Positions 8,529-17,643 of a stretch of DNA of 52,274 nt are shown piece by piece (the first letter of the stretch is position 1; the number at the start of each line of letters is the position of its first letter). Origin of the DNA: a virus. Its lineage: Duplodnaviria > Caudoviricetes. Both the position numbers and the translations under genes were made by a program. Below the pieces are notes generated by a model that was given only the letters and a program-made list of their open reading frames with translations, was not told the DNA's origin and did no database searches. The stretch covers positions 1 to 52,274 of IMG/VR virus record IMGVR_UViG_3300021964_000099. One strand, written 5' to 3'.

Positions 8529-10926
8529 CTTTTTGCCTCCTTTGACCTGCTAAAGTTACTTCTGCTCTAAGATCTGCTTGATCTTCTTGACTTTGTAGCT
8601 TTTCTTTGTCCATTTCATCCTTTTGTGCAAGTTTTTGACCTTCAAAGTTAAGTTTTTCTACGTCTAACTCAAGTTTTTTATCAGCATTTTCTTTATTTTG
8701 CTGTATTTCTTGTGCACGAAGCATTAATTCTTGTTGTTTTAGGTCAATAAGTGGATCAGAATCTTTTTTACCAAGGTATTCTTGCTCTTCCGCCACTAAT
8801 TCTTCTGTCATTTGTACAATTCTCTCTGCAATCTCGTTCTCATTTTGTTGTTGAAACTGTTGCATAAGTTGTGGTGGTACTTGTCCACCAAATTGTGCTG
8901 CTTGTTCTTGCATCGCTTCAGCATTTTTCGCTGTTATTTCTTCTCTAGCCATCATTGAAATGTGTTCAGAGATGTGAGCTTGTAAAACACCCATTGCAGG
9001 TGGATTATTTGCTACTAAAAACGAACTCATAAAAGCTTGGTGTGCATTTATATGCGCTGCATGGTTCTGGCCTTGAAATGCTTGTAGCTTCATCATCTGT
9101 AATGACTTAGCATTTTCCATTCCGGGATCTTCTGGTTGTGGTTGTTGAGGAGGAGGAAGTAACATGTCAATATCTCTAACACCAAGTGCTTCATACATAC
9201 GTCTGTATGCTTCATGCATGTTATGCATTTGCGGATTTGATGTAGCCATTTGCATTTGTGTTTGCGCTAAAGTAACGCGCTGAGCCATAGAGAAAATATT
9301 CGGATCAGAAACAGGTAGTATGTCAACCCGTTCATCAAAATCTTGTTGTTTAACAACACGATTGCCACCACGAACAGCATAAGGGTACTCAGCCGGTAAA
9401 CTTTCTGCAAAGACTCTTGATAGTAATTTAAATTCAACTTTTTGTGCGTAATGTAATCGTTTATGAATAGCGTTCATCACTTTCGTGCCGCGTTCCATAA
9501 TTGCCATTGTTGTACCTACAGGATTTGCTTGTGAGCCTTCGCCCATCTTGTTATCGGCAATAGACGCAAAACGTCTACCTGCATCAACAACAAACCCTAG
9601 TAAAGCAAAAAGAGTTTGACTTGGTTCTTTATAAGGAATCAACATCAAGGATTCGCGGATCGCGCCTCCCGGTGCATCTACATCCCGGAACTCTCCGGGT
9701 TGGAGCGGTTGATCATCGTCTCGAACTCGCAACCCTCTTGCCTTAAAACCGGCAGGGAGATTGGACAACGTACCTGCATCAATGAGTTGACGGAGTGCTG
9801 ATGTAGCAGTTCTGGAGAGACCCCCGAGCATGTGGATAAGGCCAAAGCCATAAAAACCAAGACCGGGTAGAAACTTATAGTGAACAAAGTATTGTATCTT
9901 TTTTCGGAGAGGATCATCTTCTCTGTAGTTTCGGTATATGGCCAAAACTTGTCCCGATCCTTCGTCAACAGTAACAACATAAGGCAATTTAATACCAGTA
10001 GGTTCTCCTGTTTGCGAGTCTTTATCTTCGAAACCGGGTATGTCCAAATCGCAATGAAACTCTAAGAGTACTATGTCCTCTGCGTTTTGCGGCGCAGAAA
10101 TCCCATCTAATTCATCGTACTTATCTTGTGCGTCGTTGTTATCAACTTGTGACATCATCACATCAACATCACGGTACATACCGCTTACTTGTTTCTTACG
10201 TAACTCATTGCCCATTGTTTTAATAACATGTGTAATGCGCTCACAAGATTCCATGTCTGTTGATACATAAGGCATCACCACATCTTCTGCTGGTACAAAT
10301 TTTGATACGGCTCTACCTCTTACACTTTCGTAGTAAACTTTTTTAAAGGCACTACCCGCTAGTGGTAAATGAAAAAGCATTTGATCAAGTTCTTGATCGT
10401 ACTCTTCCATCTCATAACTAATTTGATAGTTCATGAACTCTTTCACACGTTGTGATTGCTGTTCAATCTCTGGTGTTATCTCGCCCACTATTTGTGTGCG
10501 GATAGGACCTTCGGGGGGAAGTAACTCTTTATAAGCTTGCGCTTGAAACTGTGTAACTGTCTCTGCTAGTAATGGGTGTGTAACACCGGTTGCACCAGCA
10601 AAGGGTTTTGATCTATCTTCGTATTTAAATCCTAGTAAGTCTAATCCGTCCGTATATGTTTTTAGCCAGTCTGCTCTTGCATCTTTATCATATTCATAAT
10701 CAGCAATTAAACCACCAGCCAATGATTCTAATTCATCATCCGGTATAAGTTCTGCTAGGTTCGCGTTAAATGCTCCTTCTAGTGATGTATCTTCAACAGG
10801 GTTTACGATTGCTGAACCGTCCTCCAACATCATTGCATCACCTTCCATCATTGGTGCGGTGATTTCTTGAGCGGAATCTGGAGCTATCTCTAGATTAATC
10901 TCTTCGTTTACTTTTTCTATAGCCAT
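8512..10926 (-). CDS. Portal protein
   Basis: 804 aa downstream of TerL; FNANLAE, HPLLAE..TQFQA, LPLAGSAFKKVY, GFYGFGLIH motifs; coiled-coil C-terminus. Confidence 0.85.
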   Translation of the reverse strand: MAIEKVNEEINLEIAPDSAQEITAPMMEGDAMMLEDGSAIVNPVEDTSLEGAFNANLAELIPDDELESLAGGLIADYEYDKDARADWLKTYTDGLDLLGFKYEDRSKPFAGATGVTHPLLAETVTQFQAQAYKELLPPEGPIRTQIVGEITPEIEQQSQRVKEFMNYQISYEMEEYDQELDQMLFHLPLAGSAFKKVYYESVRGRAVSKFVPAEDVVMPYVSTDMESCERITHVIKTMGNELRKKQVSGMYRDVDVMMSQVDNNDAQDKYDELDGISAPQNAEDIVLLEFHCDLDIPGFEDKDSQTGEPTGIKLPYVVTVDEGSGQVLAIYRNYREDDPLRKKIQYFVHYKFLPGLGFYGFGLIHMLGGLSRTATSALRQLIDAGTLSNLPAGFKARGLRVRDDDQPLQPGEFRDVDAPGGAIRESLMLIPYKEPSQTLFALLGFVVDAGRRFASIADNKMGEGSQANPVGTTMAIMERGTKVMNAIHKRLHYAQKVEFKLLSRVFAESLPAEYPYAVRGGNRVVKQQDFDERVDILPVSDPNIFSMAQRVTLAQTQMQMATSNPQMHNMHEAYRRMYEALGVRDIDMLLPPPQQPQPEDPGMENAKSLQMMKLQAFQGQNHAAHINAHQAFMSSFLVANNPPAMGVLQAHISEHISMMAREEITAKNAEAMQEQAAQFGGQVPPQLMQQFQQQNENEIAERIVQMTEELVAEEQEYLGKKDSDPLIDLKQQELMLRAQEIQQNKENADKKLELDVEKLNFEGQKLAQKDEMDKEKLQSQEDQADLRAEVTLAGQRRQKDGARS

Positions 10927-11718
10927 TTATTTTCCCTTGCCAAAAGTTTGTTTATGCAATTGATCTATTGCTGTTGGACTCATCTTTCGTAAGTTTTCAC
11001 TATCCTTTAAAGAAAGCGCTCCTTCTAATTCCATTATTTTTACTAAAGTATCCATCTTCATAACTGAATCACCAAGACTACCACCATTTGCCATGCCTAC
11101 AGGTCTTGTTATATCATTAATGTTGATTATGCCACCTTTTGCTGCTTTTATTTCTTTTGACCCATCCATTGTACCTAGTGTTTGTTCTAACAAACTCATT
11201 GGTATAAAATCAACAGCGGTAGGGATACCATTTAATATCATCAAAGCACCTCTAGCAATTTTTTTAATTGTAGGGTTATCAGCAAAATCGCCAAATGCTT
11301 TTCTCATGTTATCAAGAAAGGTTTGTTCTTTTATTTCTTTTGGTGCATCCATTTTAACTGCGTCATTAAGAATTTCGTTGGCTGTTTTTAAATCAGTAAT
11401 TCTTTCTGTTTTATTGAATGCTGTTGCAGGTAATTTGTTTCTTGATCTTAACAATTCTATTTGTAATGGTGATTGTCCTTTGTACGCGAGCCGTGGTTCA
11501 TCAGCTTTTGTCACTATCTCATTAAACTCTGCTAGTGCTGTTCTATCTTTACCTACTCTATTTTTAAAATCTGCTTTTTGTTCTTTGGTAATAATATTTT
11601 TAGATTTTGCTAGATCAAATAACATTTGAGGCGTTAGCCCTTTAGCAAATGAAGGGACGTCAAGTAACTCCTTCATTTTAGCTCCCACTGCTCCTTGTGC
11701 CATTTTTGTATCTGCCAT
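10927..11718 (-). CDS. Hypothetical protein with AKGG/MANGG motifs (candidate internal virion protein)
   Basis: ATG start at 11718 (MADTK) preferred over TTG; between TerL and portal. Confidence 0.65.
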   Translation of the reverse strand: MADTKMAQGAVGAKMKELLDVPSFAKGLTPQMLFDLAKSKNIITKEQKADFKNRVGKDRTALAEFNEIVTKADEPRLAYKGQSPLQIELLRSRNKLPATAFNKTERITDLKTANEILNDAVKMDAPKEIKEQTFLDNMRKAFGDFADNPTIKKIARGALMILNGIPTAVDFIPMSLLEQTLGTMDGSKEIKAAKGGIININDITRPVGMANGGSLGDSVMKMDTLVKIMELEGALSLKDSENLRKMSPTAIDQLHKQTFGKGK

Positions 11719-11719
11719 T

Positions 11720-11806
11720 TTATTTTTCCATCGCAATGGCGGCTTTCACCGCCATGCGACTAACCCAGTCAGAGGTGTGTGCGTTTTCGGCCGACTGGTA
11801 ACTCAT
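11720..11806 (-). CDS. Candidate 28-aa peptide overlapping two hairpins
   Basis: MSYQSAENAHTSDWVSRMAVKAAIAMEK; starts by TAATG overlap and ends 1 nt before the next ATG. Confidence 0.4.
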   Translation of the reverse strand: MSYQSAENAHTSDWVSRMAVKAAIAMEK

Positions 11807-12096
11807 TATGTTTTTCTTGATGCTCCCCAACCTTTGGTTGTTAGCATTTTATTTTTATTCTTGTGGACAGATCCACCGCCCATATATCCTTTTACTTCTC
11901 CGCCTTTAGCATAGTTTCCTTTACCACCTTTACCGGGAATAACTACATCTCTTTTAGGTTTAATTTTAAGTTTAGGTTTAATAGGATTTTCTTGACTATA
12001 TTCCTTTTCAGCAATTCTATAATCACTTTCCATTCTTTGTTTATCAGTTGTACTTTCATACCACTTTTTATATTCTTCCGGCGTCATCATATTCAT
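11806..12096 (-). CDS. Small basic protein with YAKGG/YMGGG motifs
   Basis: 96 aa, coupled to TerL stop. Confidence 0.65.
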   Translation of the reverse strand: MNMMTPEEYKKWYESTTDKQRMESDYRIAEKEYSQENPIKPKLKIKPKRDVVIPGKGGKGNYAKGGEVKGYMGGGSVHKNKNKMLTTKGWGASRKT

Positions 12097-13538
12097 TAGT
12101 AGTACTCCCTTGGTTCCGTGATCCGTGGTTCATCGTAGTAGTCATCGGGGAGTTTGACAAAGTTGCCTTGACGGTATCGCATGAGCGCTTGTGTTGTTGA
12201 GTCAACATAATCGTCATGGTCGCCAAAAGGAAAAGCTGCACACTCCTCTATAACGTCCTGTGCCCATCGTTCATCCGGACACCATACTTGGCCCGATTCA
12301 AACATAGGGGCTACTGAGTTTACCCGAACATGTTTATCGTTCCCTCGACTTGGTGTAAAGTTTACAACAGGTATACCTGCTGATCTTAACTCATCTGTCA
12401 ACGGAAGTCCAGAAGCTTTTGCTTCTACAATAACTGTTTCCGGTTCCCAGTATTTATATTTATCCATAGCAATTTTTTTGAGCTCTGTAAACTCCCATCT
12501 TCCTTTTTCTGCATCTAAAAGTATTATTTGAGGGTTTCCCTTACTTGGGTGACTGAACACGCCCCATGTAGTAATCGCGCTATAGTCCGCTGTTTCTTTT
12601 TTACTGAACGCTGTATCATAACTTTGGATGACATGAATCAAGTCCGGTACTTCATCTTCTTCCCATATTTGCCACCACTCACGTTTCAATATAGAGCCCT
12701 CTTCGGCGGTAGGATTTTGCTGCCACTGGGCTTGCCACTTTTGTTCTGTTAAGGAAGCACGGGTCGCGGTCAATGAATCAATGTCCCAGTACTCTGGCCA
12801 AATAGGTTTATTACTTGGTAATATCGCCGGGAACTCAATAAGCTCCCACTGGTCTGCCTTGGGTTCTTTTGCTTGAGCGTCAATCAATCTGCCTGTCAAA
12901 TCTTTCACGGACCACCGGGTCATAACAATAACGATAGCACCGCCCGGCTGTAGACGTTGTCTAGGTCCAGAGGTATACCATTCATACGCACTGTCAAAAG
13001 CTGTTTCGGATAGGGCGTCTTGCTCGGAGTGCGGGTCATCAATGATCAATAAGTCTGCACCACGGCCCGTGATACTTGAACCAACGCCCGCTGCAAAATA
13101 CTCGCCGCCTTTGTTTGTTTCCCAACGGCCTGCCGCTTTACTGTCCGCGGATATCGAAACTTGGTCAAAGACTTGCTGGTAGACTTGACTGTCAATAAGG
13201 TTCTTCATCTTACGTCCAAACCTTACGGCAAGTTCTGTATTGTGTGTGGTTTGAATTATCTTGAGTGTAGGTTTATTGCCAACTAACCAAGATGGAAATA
13301 AGAAAGAAGCAAACTCTGACTTTGTATGTCTAGGTGGCATATTGACAATCAAACGCTTGATTTTACCATCCCGTATGTCCTCAAATTTTTTTGCAATTTT
13401 TTTGTGATGATAACCGGAGACAAAGTCTGGCCAAACATGTCTGACAAAAGGTATGAAGCCTTTTTCAGCAGCATCTAGCTTTTTTAAATGTTCTTGAATT
13501 AGTTGTTCTTGAAGTTGAACTTCAGTTTGAGAAACCAT
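12096..13538 (-). CDS. terL: Terminase large subunit
   Basis: Walker A-like NMPPRHTKS, Walker B LLIIDDP, VMTRW coupling motif, RNase H nuclease YDTA...FPFGDHDDYVD. Confidence 0.95.
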   Translation of the reverse strand: MVSQTEVQLQEQLIQEHLKKLDAAEKGFIPFVRHVWPDFVSGYHHKKIAKKFEDIRDGKIKRLIVNMPPRHTKSEFASFLFPSWLVGNKPTLKIIQTTHNTELAVRFGRKMKNLIDSQVYQQVFDQVSISADSKAAGRWETNKGGEYFAAGVGSSITGRGADLLIIDDPHSEQDALSETAFDSAYEWYTSGPRQRLQPGGAIVIVMTRWSVKDLTGRLIDAQAKEPKADQWELIEFPAILPSNKPIWPEYWDIDSLTATRASLTEQKWQAQWQQNPTAEEGSILKREWWQIWEEDEVPDLIHVIQSYDTAFSKKETADYSAITTWGVFSHPSKGNPQIILLDAEKGRWEFTELKKIAMDKYKYWEPETVIVEAKASGLPLTDELRSAGIPVVNFTPSRGNDKHVRVNSVAPMFESGQVWCPDERWAQDVIEECAAFPFGDHDDYVDSTTQALMRYRQGNFVKLPDDYYDEPRITEPREYY

Positions 13539-13761
13539 TATGAAAAATTTTATATAATATTTTTATGGGATAATCAATATTTTCATTCGTACAGATTTAG
13601 GGGTGTGGGTATGTCTGGATTAGTGTTACGCGCAACTATGTAGGAGTCCCATTATACTATTTAGGGGGGCCCCCGAAGGGGGTGCGACCTTTTGCCATAC
13701 CATATGTAGTATGCACCAAGATCCTATCTACTAGATATAGTACCCCCCGAAGGGGGGCGAG

Positions 13762-13770
13762 TTATCCACA
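13762..13770 (+). promoter_or_regulatory. DnaA box
   Basis: Perfect TTATCCACA. Confidence 0.55.
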
Positions 13771-13875
13771 GCCACTAGATATGGTACACGGACCGCGAAG
13801 CGGGCCACAAGATGTAGTATGTCCAGACCAAAAAAAACACCCCCCGAAGGGGGTGCGACACTATGTCACATTGAC

Positions 13876-14052
13876 TTAGTTTATATAGAGATCCTTATCT
13901 TGCCAATAAAATTTAGAAGAATCATAGTCATACTTATTTAAGACAAGAAGCAAATTAGATTTAGTAACTTGAATATATGCGCCATCTTCTTCGCTAATCA
14001 TTACCCAAGCAAAAACCATGTCAGCTTTTTTAATCATTTGTTTCACGGTCAT
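13876..14052 (-). CDS. Small early hypothetical protein embedded in the repeat array
   Basis: AGAAAGGA RBS before ATG at 14052 (MTVKQ...). Confidence 0.6.
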   Translation of the reverse strand: MTVKQMIKKADMVFAWVMISEEDGAYIQVTKSNLLLVLNKYDYDSSKFYWQDKDLYIN

Positions 14053-14137
14053 ATTATCCTTTCTGTTTTTCATATCCTATCTTTATAGGATAATATAAGA
14101 TGCGTAAACTATATAATTATCGTAACTTATAATTAAC

Positions 14138-14146
14138 TGTGGATAA
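14138..14146 (-). promoter_or_regulatory. DnaA box
   Basis: TGTGGATAA, the reverse complement of TTATCCACA. Confidence 0.55.
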
Positions 14147-14438
14147 CTTTATTTATACCAGACCTAGTACCCCCCGAAGGGGGGCTGCGACAATTGGTCA
14201 CATTGACACAATATGTGGTACGTGGAACGCGGAGCGTGGCACAAGATGTAGTATGCCCCCGAAGGGGGCTGCGACGTTATGTCACATTGACACAAGATAT
14301 AGATCCCCCGAAGGGGGTGCGACATATTGTCACATACTAGATGTAGTAGGTCAACGGATCATGGACATACCACCAGTAGTACCCCGAAGGGGTGCGACAA
14401 TTTGTCACATTGACATTTTGATTGATCTATGATCGCGG

Positions 14439-14831
14439 TTATTTCTTCGCGGTTAAAAAATCTAATAATAGATGATATGATCGCGGTTCAAATTCTAAGG
14501 AACATGGATAATCAAAACCATTTTTTAAGAGTTCCCGCCCTTTGTCACCGTCGTATAGTTTTATGATCTTGCGTCGCGGTGCTTGGACAATATAAAAGTT
14601 ATTAGGATTATTTGAAAAGTTCTTATAATTCCAAGATATTTGTAAGGGGCTAATATTAATTCTATTTTGTTTTATTATTGTTTTACACTCTAACCAGAAA
14701 GAAAAACCATTATAAACGCCGTATAAATCGGGTATTCCCCCGCCGTGTCTGTTTTCAATTCTTGACCAGAATACCTGTTTTAATTCTCTAAATATCTGTT
14801 TATAGAAAAGCGTTTCGGGTTTTGTAGACAT
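14439..14831 (-). CDS. VRR-NUC/Holliday junction resolvase-like PD-(D/E)XK nuclease
   Basis: E..F...RIEN..G.GIPD...FWLECK...SPLQ..W. Confidence 0.75.
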   Translation of the reverse strand: MSTKPETLFYKQIFRELKQVFWSRIENRHGGGIPDLYGVYNGFSFWLECKTIIKQNRINISPLQISWNYKNFSNNPNNFYIVQAPRRKIIKLYDGDKGRELLKNGFDYPCSLEFEPRSYHLLLDFLTAKK

Positions 14832-14861
14832 AAAAAAACCCGCTAATTATAGCGGGCTTTT
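14832..14861. terminator. Bidirectional intrinsic terminator
   Basis: A7-CCCGCTA-N-TAGCGGG-CTTTT. Confidence 0.6.
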
Positions 14862-14881
14862 GTAGATTGTAAAAAGATTAA

Positions 14882-15181
14882 TTAGAAGTTTTGTATTATT
14901 AATCTTTCAGTTCCAACGACGGGAATTATAGAAGTGTTGTTTTCTAAATCTTGAATAGTTTCAATAGAGTTATAATTTTCTATTATTTCTTGAAGGTTTT
15001 CATATTCTGAATATTCGCAAGCAAAAGCGACGGGATCAAAATTAAATTCTGTGCCTTGATCTTCTTCTAAGTCTACCAAATAATCATATAGACTTGAAAG
15101 CCCTTCAATAGAAAAATTATTCTTATATTGAGAATTTAGAAACCAATTTCTAAAATAATAAGTATCAATAGTATTTTTCAT
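14882..15181 (-). CDS. Acidic early hypothetical protein
   Basis: 99 aa, NFS.EGL..LYDYL..LEE..G...FDPVA..CEYSEY; own promoter and AGAAAGGA RBS. Confidence 0.7.
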   Translation of the reverse strand: MKNTIDTYYFRNWFLNSQYKNNFSIEGLSSLYDYLVDLEEDQGTEFNFDPVAFACEYSEYENLQEIIENYNSIETIQDLENNTSIIPVVGTERLIIQNF

Positions 15182-15238
15182 ATTATTATTATCCTTTCTT
15201 AATATGTTTATATCAAAATATAGGATTTTCTCAAGCGT

Positions 15239-15279
15239 AAAAAAACCCCTGTTATAAGGTCACATTATAACAAGGGTTA
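15239..15279 (-). terminator. Intrinsic terminator after the DUF932-like gene
   Basis: Imperfect stem CCC(T)TGTTATAA...TTATAACAGGGG followed by T7 on the - strand. Confidence 0.55.
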
Positions 15280-15304
15280 TTAATTAAACCGTGATAAACT
15301 TATT

Positions 15305-16354
15305 TTATACGGCTAGTTCTAAGGCTGTATTCATAGCATTAGTTTTAATATTACCTTTTCCATTAGTGAAAAAGTTATTTTTTAAACGGCTTGACACTTG
15401 ATCAACACCGCCCCTTAAATGATCTTCATTATAAGTTACACAATTAAACGCTTTCCAATAAGTGTCTTTTCTTGCGTGATTGCCTGTATTTTGTAACTTA
15501 AAAGTTTTACCATTAGTTTCTATAGTATCGTGAAAAACCCCATAACATCTTTTAATATTGGTAATGTTTGAGCCTTCTAGATCATTCAATGAATTATATT
15601 CCATTGATGATTTTTGAAAGTCACCCAATAGTTTTGGATTATAAACAAGAATAAAATATTTCAATAAATCGCTTTCTTTTATCTGTTTATTGTCAAGGGT
15701 TTTTGCTTGTTCTGAATATTCTTGATTGCTTTTAAGAGCCGTATCAATTTTGGATTTTACCAAGTTTTCAAATTCAGTTGAAAATTCTATTCTATGGCTA
15801 ATTCCTATTTTAAATTGGCTGTTATCTTTTAAAGCATTCATAAAAGTATTAGAACACCACACAGAAATATTAGTTGTCAAAATAGATGACTTGTCACGCC
15901 CTGTATGAAAGTTATTAAACATTATATAAGACTTTACAACATCATCGCCAATATTAAACTGACCGTTTGTTTTTGCTAAGAAAGTGACATATTTATCTCT
16001 ATCGTAGCTAAAAGCATGTTCAAATTTGATACCTGTATTTCTAGCAACATGATCGCCAATTCTAGCGATCTGATCATTTTGCATAGGGTGATAGCTATCT
16101 GTTAAACCAGACACTAAAACTTCTTGATCATCTTTTACTAAAGAAAAAAACTTATCACTTTTTACTAATTCATTAGCAATAGTATTTCCACCTTTAGCAA
16201 ATAATACGGGTTTCATTTCAACATTCCAATCTAAATTGGCATTGTTCATAAGTTGAGAACAATTTAAATTTTGATCAACAGCGTTAAATTGGTTAAGCCC
16301 TTTTCCTGTTAAATCTAAAAGGCTTGACCACTCATAATTTTTTACTTCTTTCAT
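15305..16354 (-). CDS. DUF932 family phage/plasmid protein
   Basis: A.LDW.V...Y.PMQN...N.H.G......T.ISVWC.NT...I.H...T.WKAFN.VT...DH pattern; start at 16354 after RBS. Confidence 0.7.
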   Translation of the reverse strand: MKEVKNYEWSSLLDLTGKGLNQFNAVDQNLNCSQLMNNANLDWNVEMKPVLFAKGGNTIANELVKSDKFFSLVKDDQEVLVSGLTDSYHPMQNDQIARIGDHVARNTGIKFEHAFSYDRDKYVTFLAKTNGQFNIGDDVVKSYIMFNNFHTGRDKSSILTTNISVWCSNTFMNALKDNSQFKIGISHRIEFSTEFENLVKSKIDTALKSNQEYSEQAKTLDNKQIKESDLLKYFILVYNPKLLGDFQKSSMEYNSLNDLEGSNITNIKRCYGVFHDTIETNGKTFKLQNTGNHARKDTYWKAFNCVTYNEDHLRGGVDQVSSRLKNNFFTNGKGNIKTNAMNTALELAV

Positions 16355-16427
16355 AAAATTACTTCTTTCTGTGACCATGAAAATATCTTTATAGGATTTT
16401 ATAGGATAATGCAAGCGTTAAATTAAT

Positions 16428-16457
16428 ATAGCCCCGACGAATTCGGGGCTATTTTTA
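16428..16457. terminator. Intrinsic terminator hairpin
   Basis: ATAGCCCCGA-N-TCGGGGCTAT-TTTT. Confidence 0.55.
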
Positions 16458-16552
16458 CGATTGATATTAAAGGAAATAATTATTTTTAGCTTTCAACCGT
16501 AAAACCTTTTTTTGGTAAGTCGCCGTTATTTATAGCCGTTTGTATAACTAGT

Positions 16553-17257
16553 TCAGACATCAAGCACAAACCCCGAATAATCATTTTTAGCTTTACCTTT
16601 AGCAACCAAACCCGCTATAATATTGTGACCGTCTAAAAATCTAAGATCATTTTGATCTGCATTAATAACTTTGTAACCGTTAAATTTTCTAGGCAAATCT
16701 TTTCTAAATACTGCTGATATATTGCCACCTTTTTTTAGAATATCAAAAGCTTGTTTTTTATTATCTTCATTTAAACTATATGTAAGATGATAATTTCTAG
16801 GAAGTTGACCATTAACAAATTTTAACGCCCTTTTATAAATCTTTGTGTAGTCATACCATTGAATACTTTTATATTCCTCAATTAAACCTGTATTTTCCCA
16901 TGATATATCGGAAGTTCCATTTAATCTGATACACGGTGTTAAATTTTTTGCTTTAGCTTTTACAATAAATGCGTCTATTTCTTTTCTTAATTGATCTAAA
17001 AAGGTTTTTCTTTCTTGTATATACCACCTAGTTTTATTGATACGACCTTGTTTAACACTATTAAAAGCACCATGACCCGCCGTATACAAACACGCCTTTT
17101 TGCAACCTTCACTAGCCATAGAACAAACATTAAAACCAGATTGAGTTGAAGGGGCTAAGTATAATATAGCCGTGATAAAACCGTATTTTTGACCTTTTAC
17201 AGTTTTTGCGTTGTTATCGATATTAAGTAATTTTTTTGATTTTACGAATTCTAACAT
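16553..17257 (-). CDS. Gp88-like Cys-cluster (radical-SAM-like) phage protein
   Basis: NVC..AS.GC...CL..AG.G, RLNGTSDI.W, YDYTK, NYHLTYS, DLRFLD, GL.AKG.A motifs. Confidence 0.7.
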   Translation of the reverse strand: MLEFVKSKKLLNIDNNAKTVKGQKYGFITAILYLAPSTQSGFNVCSMASEGCKKACLYTAGHGAFNSVKQGRINKTRWYIQERKTFLDQLRKEIDAFIVKAKAKNLTPCIRLNGTSDISWENTGLIEEYKSIQWYDYTKIYKRALKFVNGQLPRNYHLTYSLNEDNKKQAFDILKKGGNISAVFRKDLPRKFNGYKVINADQNDLRFLDGHNIIAGLVAKGKAKNDYSGFVLDV

Positions 17258-17378
17258 TTTTATTCTTTCTCTTTTTCATTTTACCTGTAATACCTTTGCC
17301 ACGATCACTATAAACATTTTGCGTATAATAGTAATCGGGGCTTTTAGTATCTTTGCCAAATGGATAATTACTAATCAT
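17223..17378 (-). CDS. Small basic hypothetical protein
   Basis: ORF track; probable start MISNY at 17378. Confidence 0.4.
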   Translation of the reverse strand: MISNYPFGKDTKSPDYYYTQNVYSDRGKGITGKMKKRKNKNVRIRKIKKIT

Positions 17379-17454
17379 AAATATCCTATTAACATGGGAG
17401 TAAATAAAAAACAAATATTAATTACTAAAACTATTAAACAAAATTTCTTAACGG

Positions 17455-17643
17455 TCATAATTCCTCTAATATTTTTTCAATGCCATTAAAAAGGTCTTGA
17501 CCTTTTTCTGTATTCATAGTTCCTTTGTTTTTGTCGTCGTCAATAAAAAATTTATCTCTTTCGAAACCGTTTAAATATTCCATAAAAAGAAAAAATATTT
17601 CGTCTGCTGTTTGAAATACAGCGTCGGGAGATAATTTACTCAT
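17455..17643 (-). CDS. Hypothetical early protein
   Basis: 62 aa, ATGA overlap with upstream gene. Confidence 0.6.
   Translation of the reverse strand: MSKLSPDAVFQTADEIFFLFMEYLNGFERDKFFIDDDKNKGTMNTEKGQDLFNGIEKILEEL

Larger units (their letters stand above)
13697..14382. promoter_or_regulatory. NrdR-box-like sites (8-9 copies, mostly tandem pairs 31-33 bp apart)
   Basis: 16-mers resembling acaCwAtATaTwGtgt at 13697/13728, 13772/13805, 14206/14239, 14290, 14334/14367 (last degenerate). Confidence 0.65.
13854..14409. promoter_or_regulatory. TGCGACA-N3-TGTCACA palindromes (RegA/PrrA/RegR-box-like), usually followed by TTGAC
   Basis: Copies at 13854, 14186, 14270, 14318, 14393, a degenerate one at 13683, and one more at 18634. 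Confidence 0.55.
13670..14415. repeat. Composite repeat array: seven C4-6-GAA-G4-6 hairpins interleaved with several box motifs
   Basis: Hairpins at about 13670, 13743, 13840, 14170, 14255, 14305, 14381; CCGC-GAA-GCGG at 13793 and ACGC-GGA-GCGT at 14227; blocks about 13741-13876 and 14168-14291 are diverged copies. Confidence 0.9.

Noticed and set aside
9831-9839. DnaA box inside the portal gene
   Set aside because: Single coding occurrence (LIH codons), plausible by chance.
14098-14128. dif-like site
   Set aside because: Only a weak match to the XerC/XerD arms and spacer.
13670-14393. N4-type virion RNA polymerase hairpin promoters
   Set aside because: The triloop hairpins look similar, but no giant virion RNA polymerase gene is in the window; not supportable.
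13670-14415. CRISPR array interpretation of the hairpin repeats
   Set aside because: Repeat length and spacing are irregular, the intervening segments are themselves repeated motifs, and no cas genes are present.
13682-14432. Plus-strand ORFs 13682-13879 and 14139-14432
   Set aside because: GTG starts without an RBS; they are translations of the DNA repeats (PRRGA/PKG).
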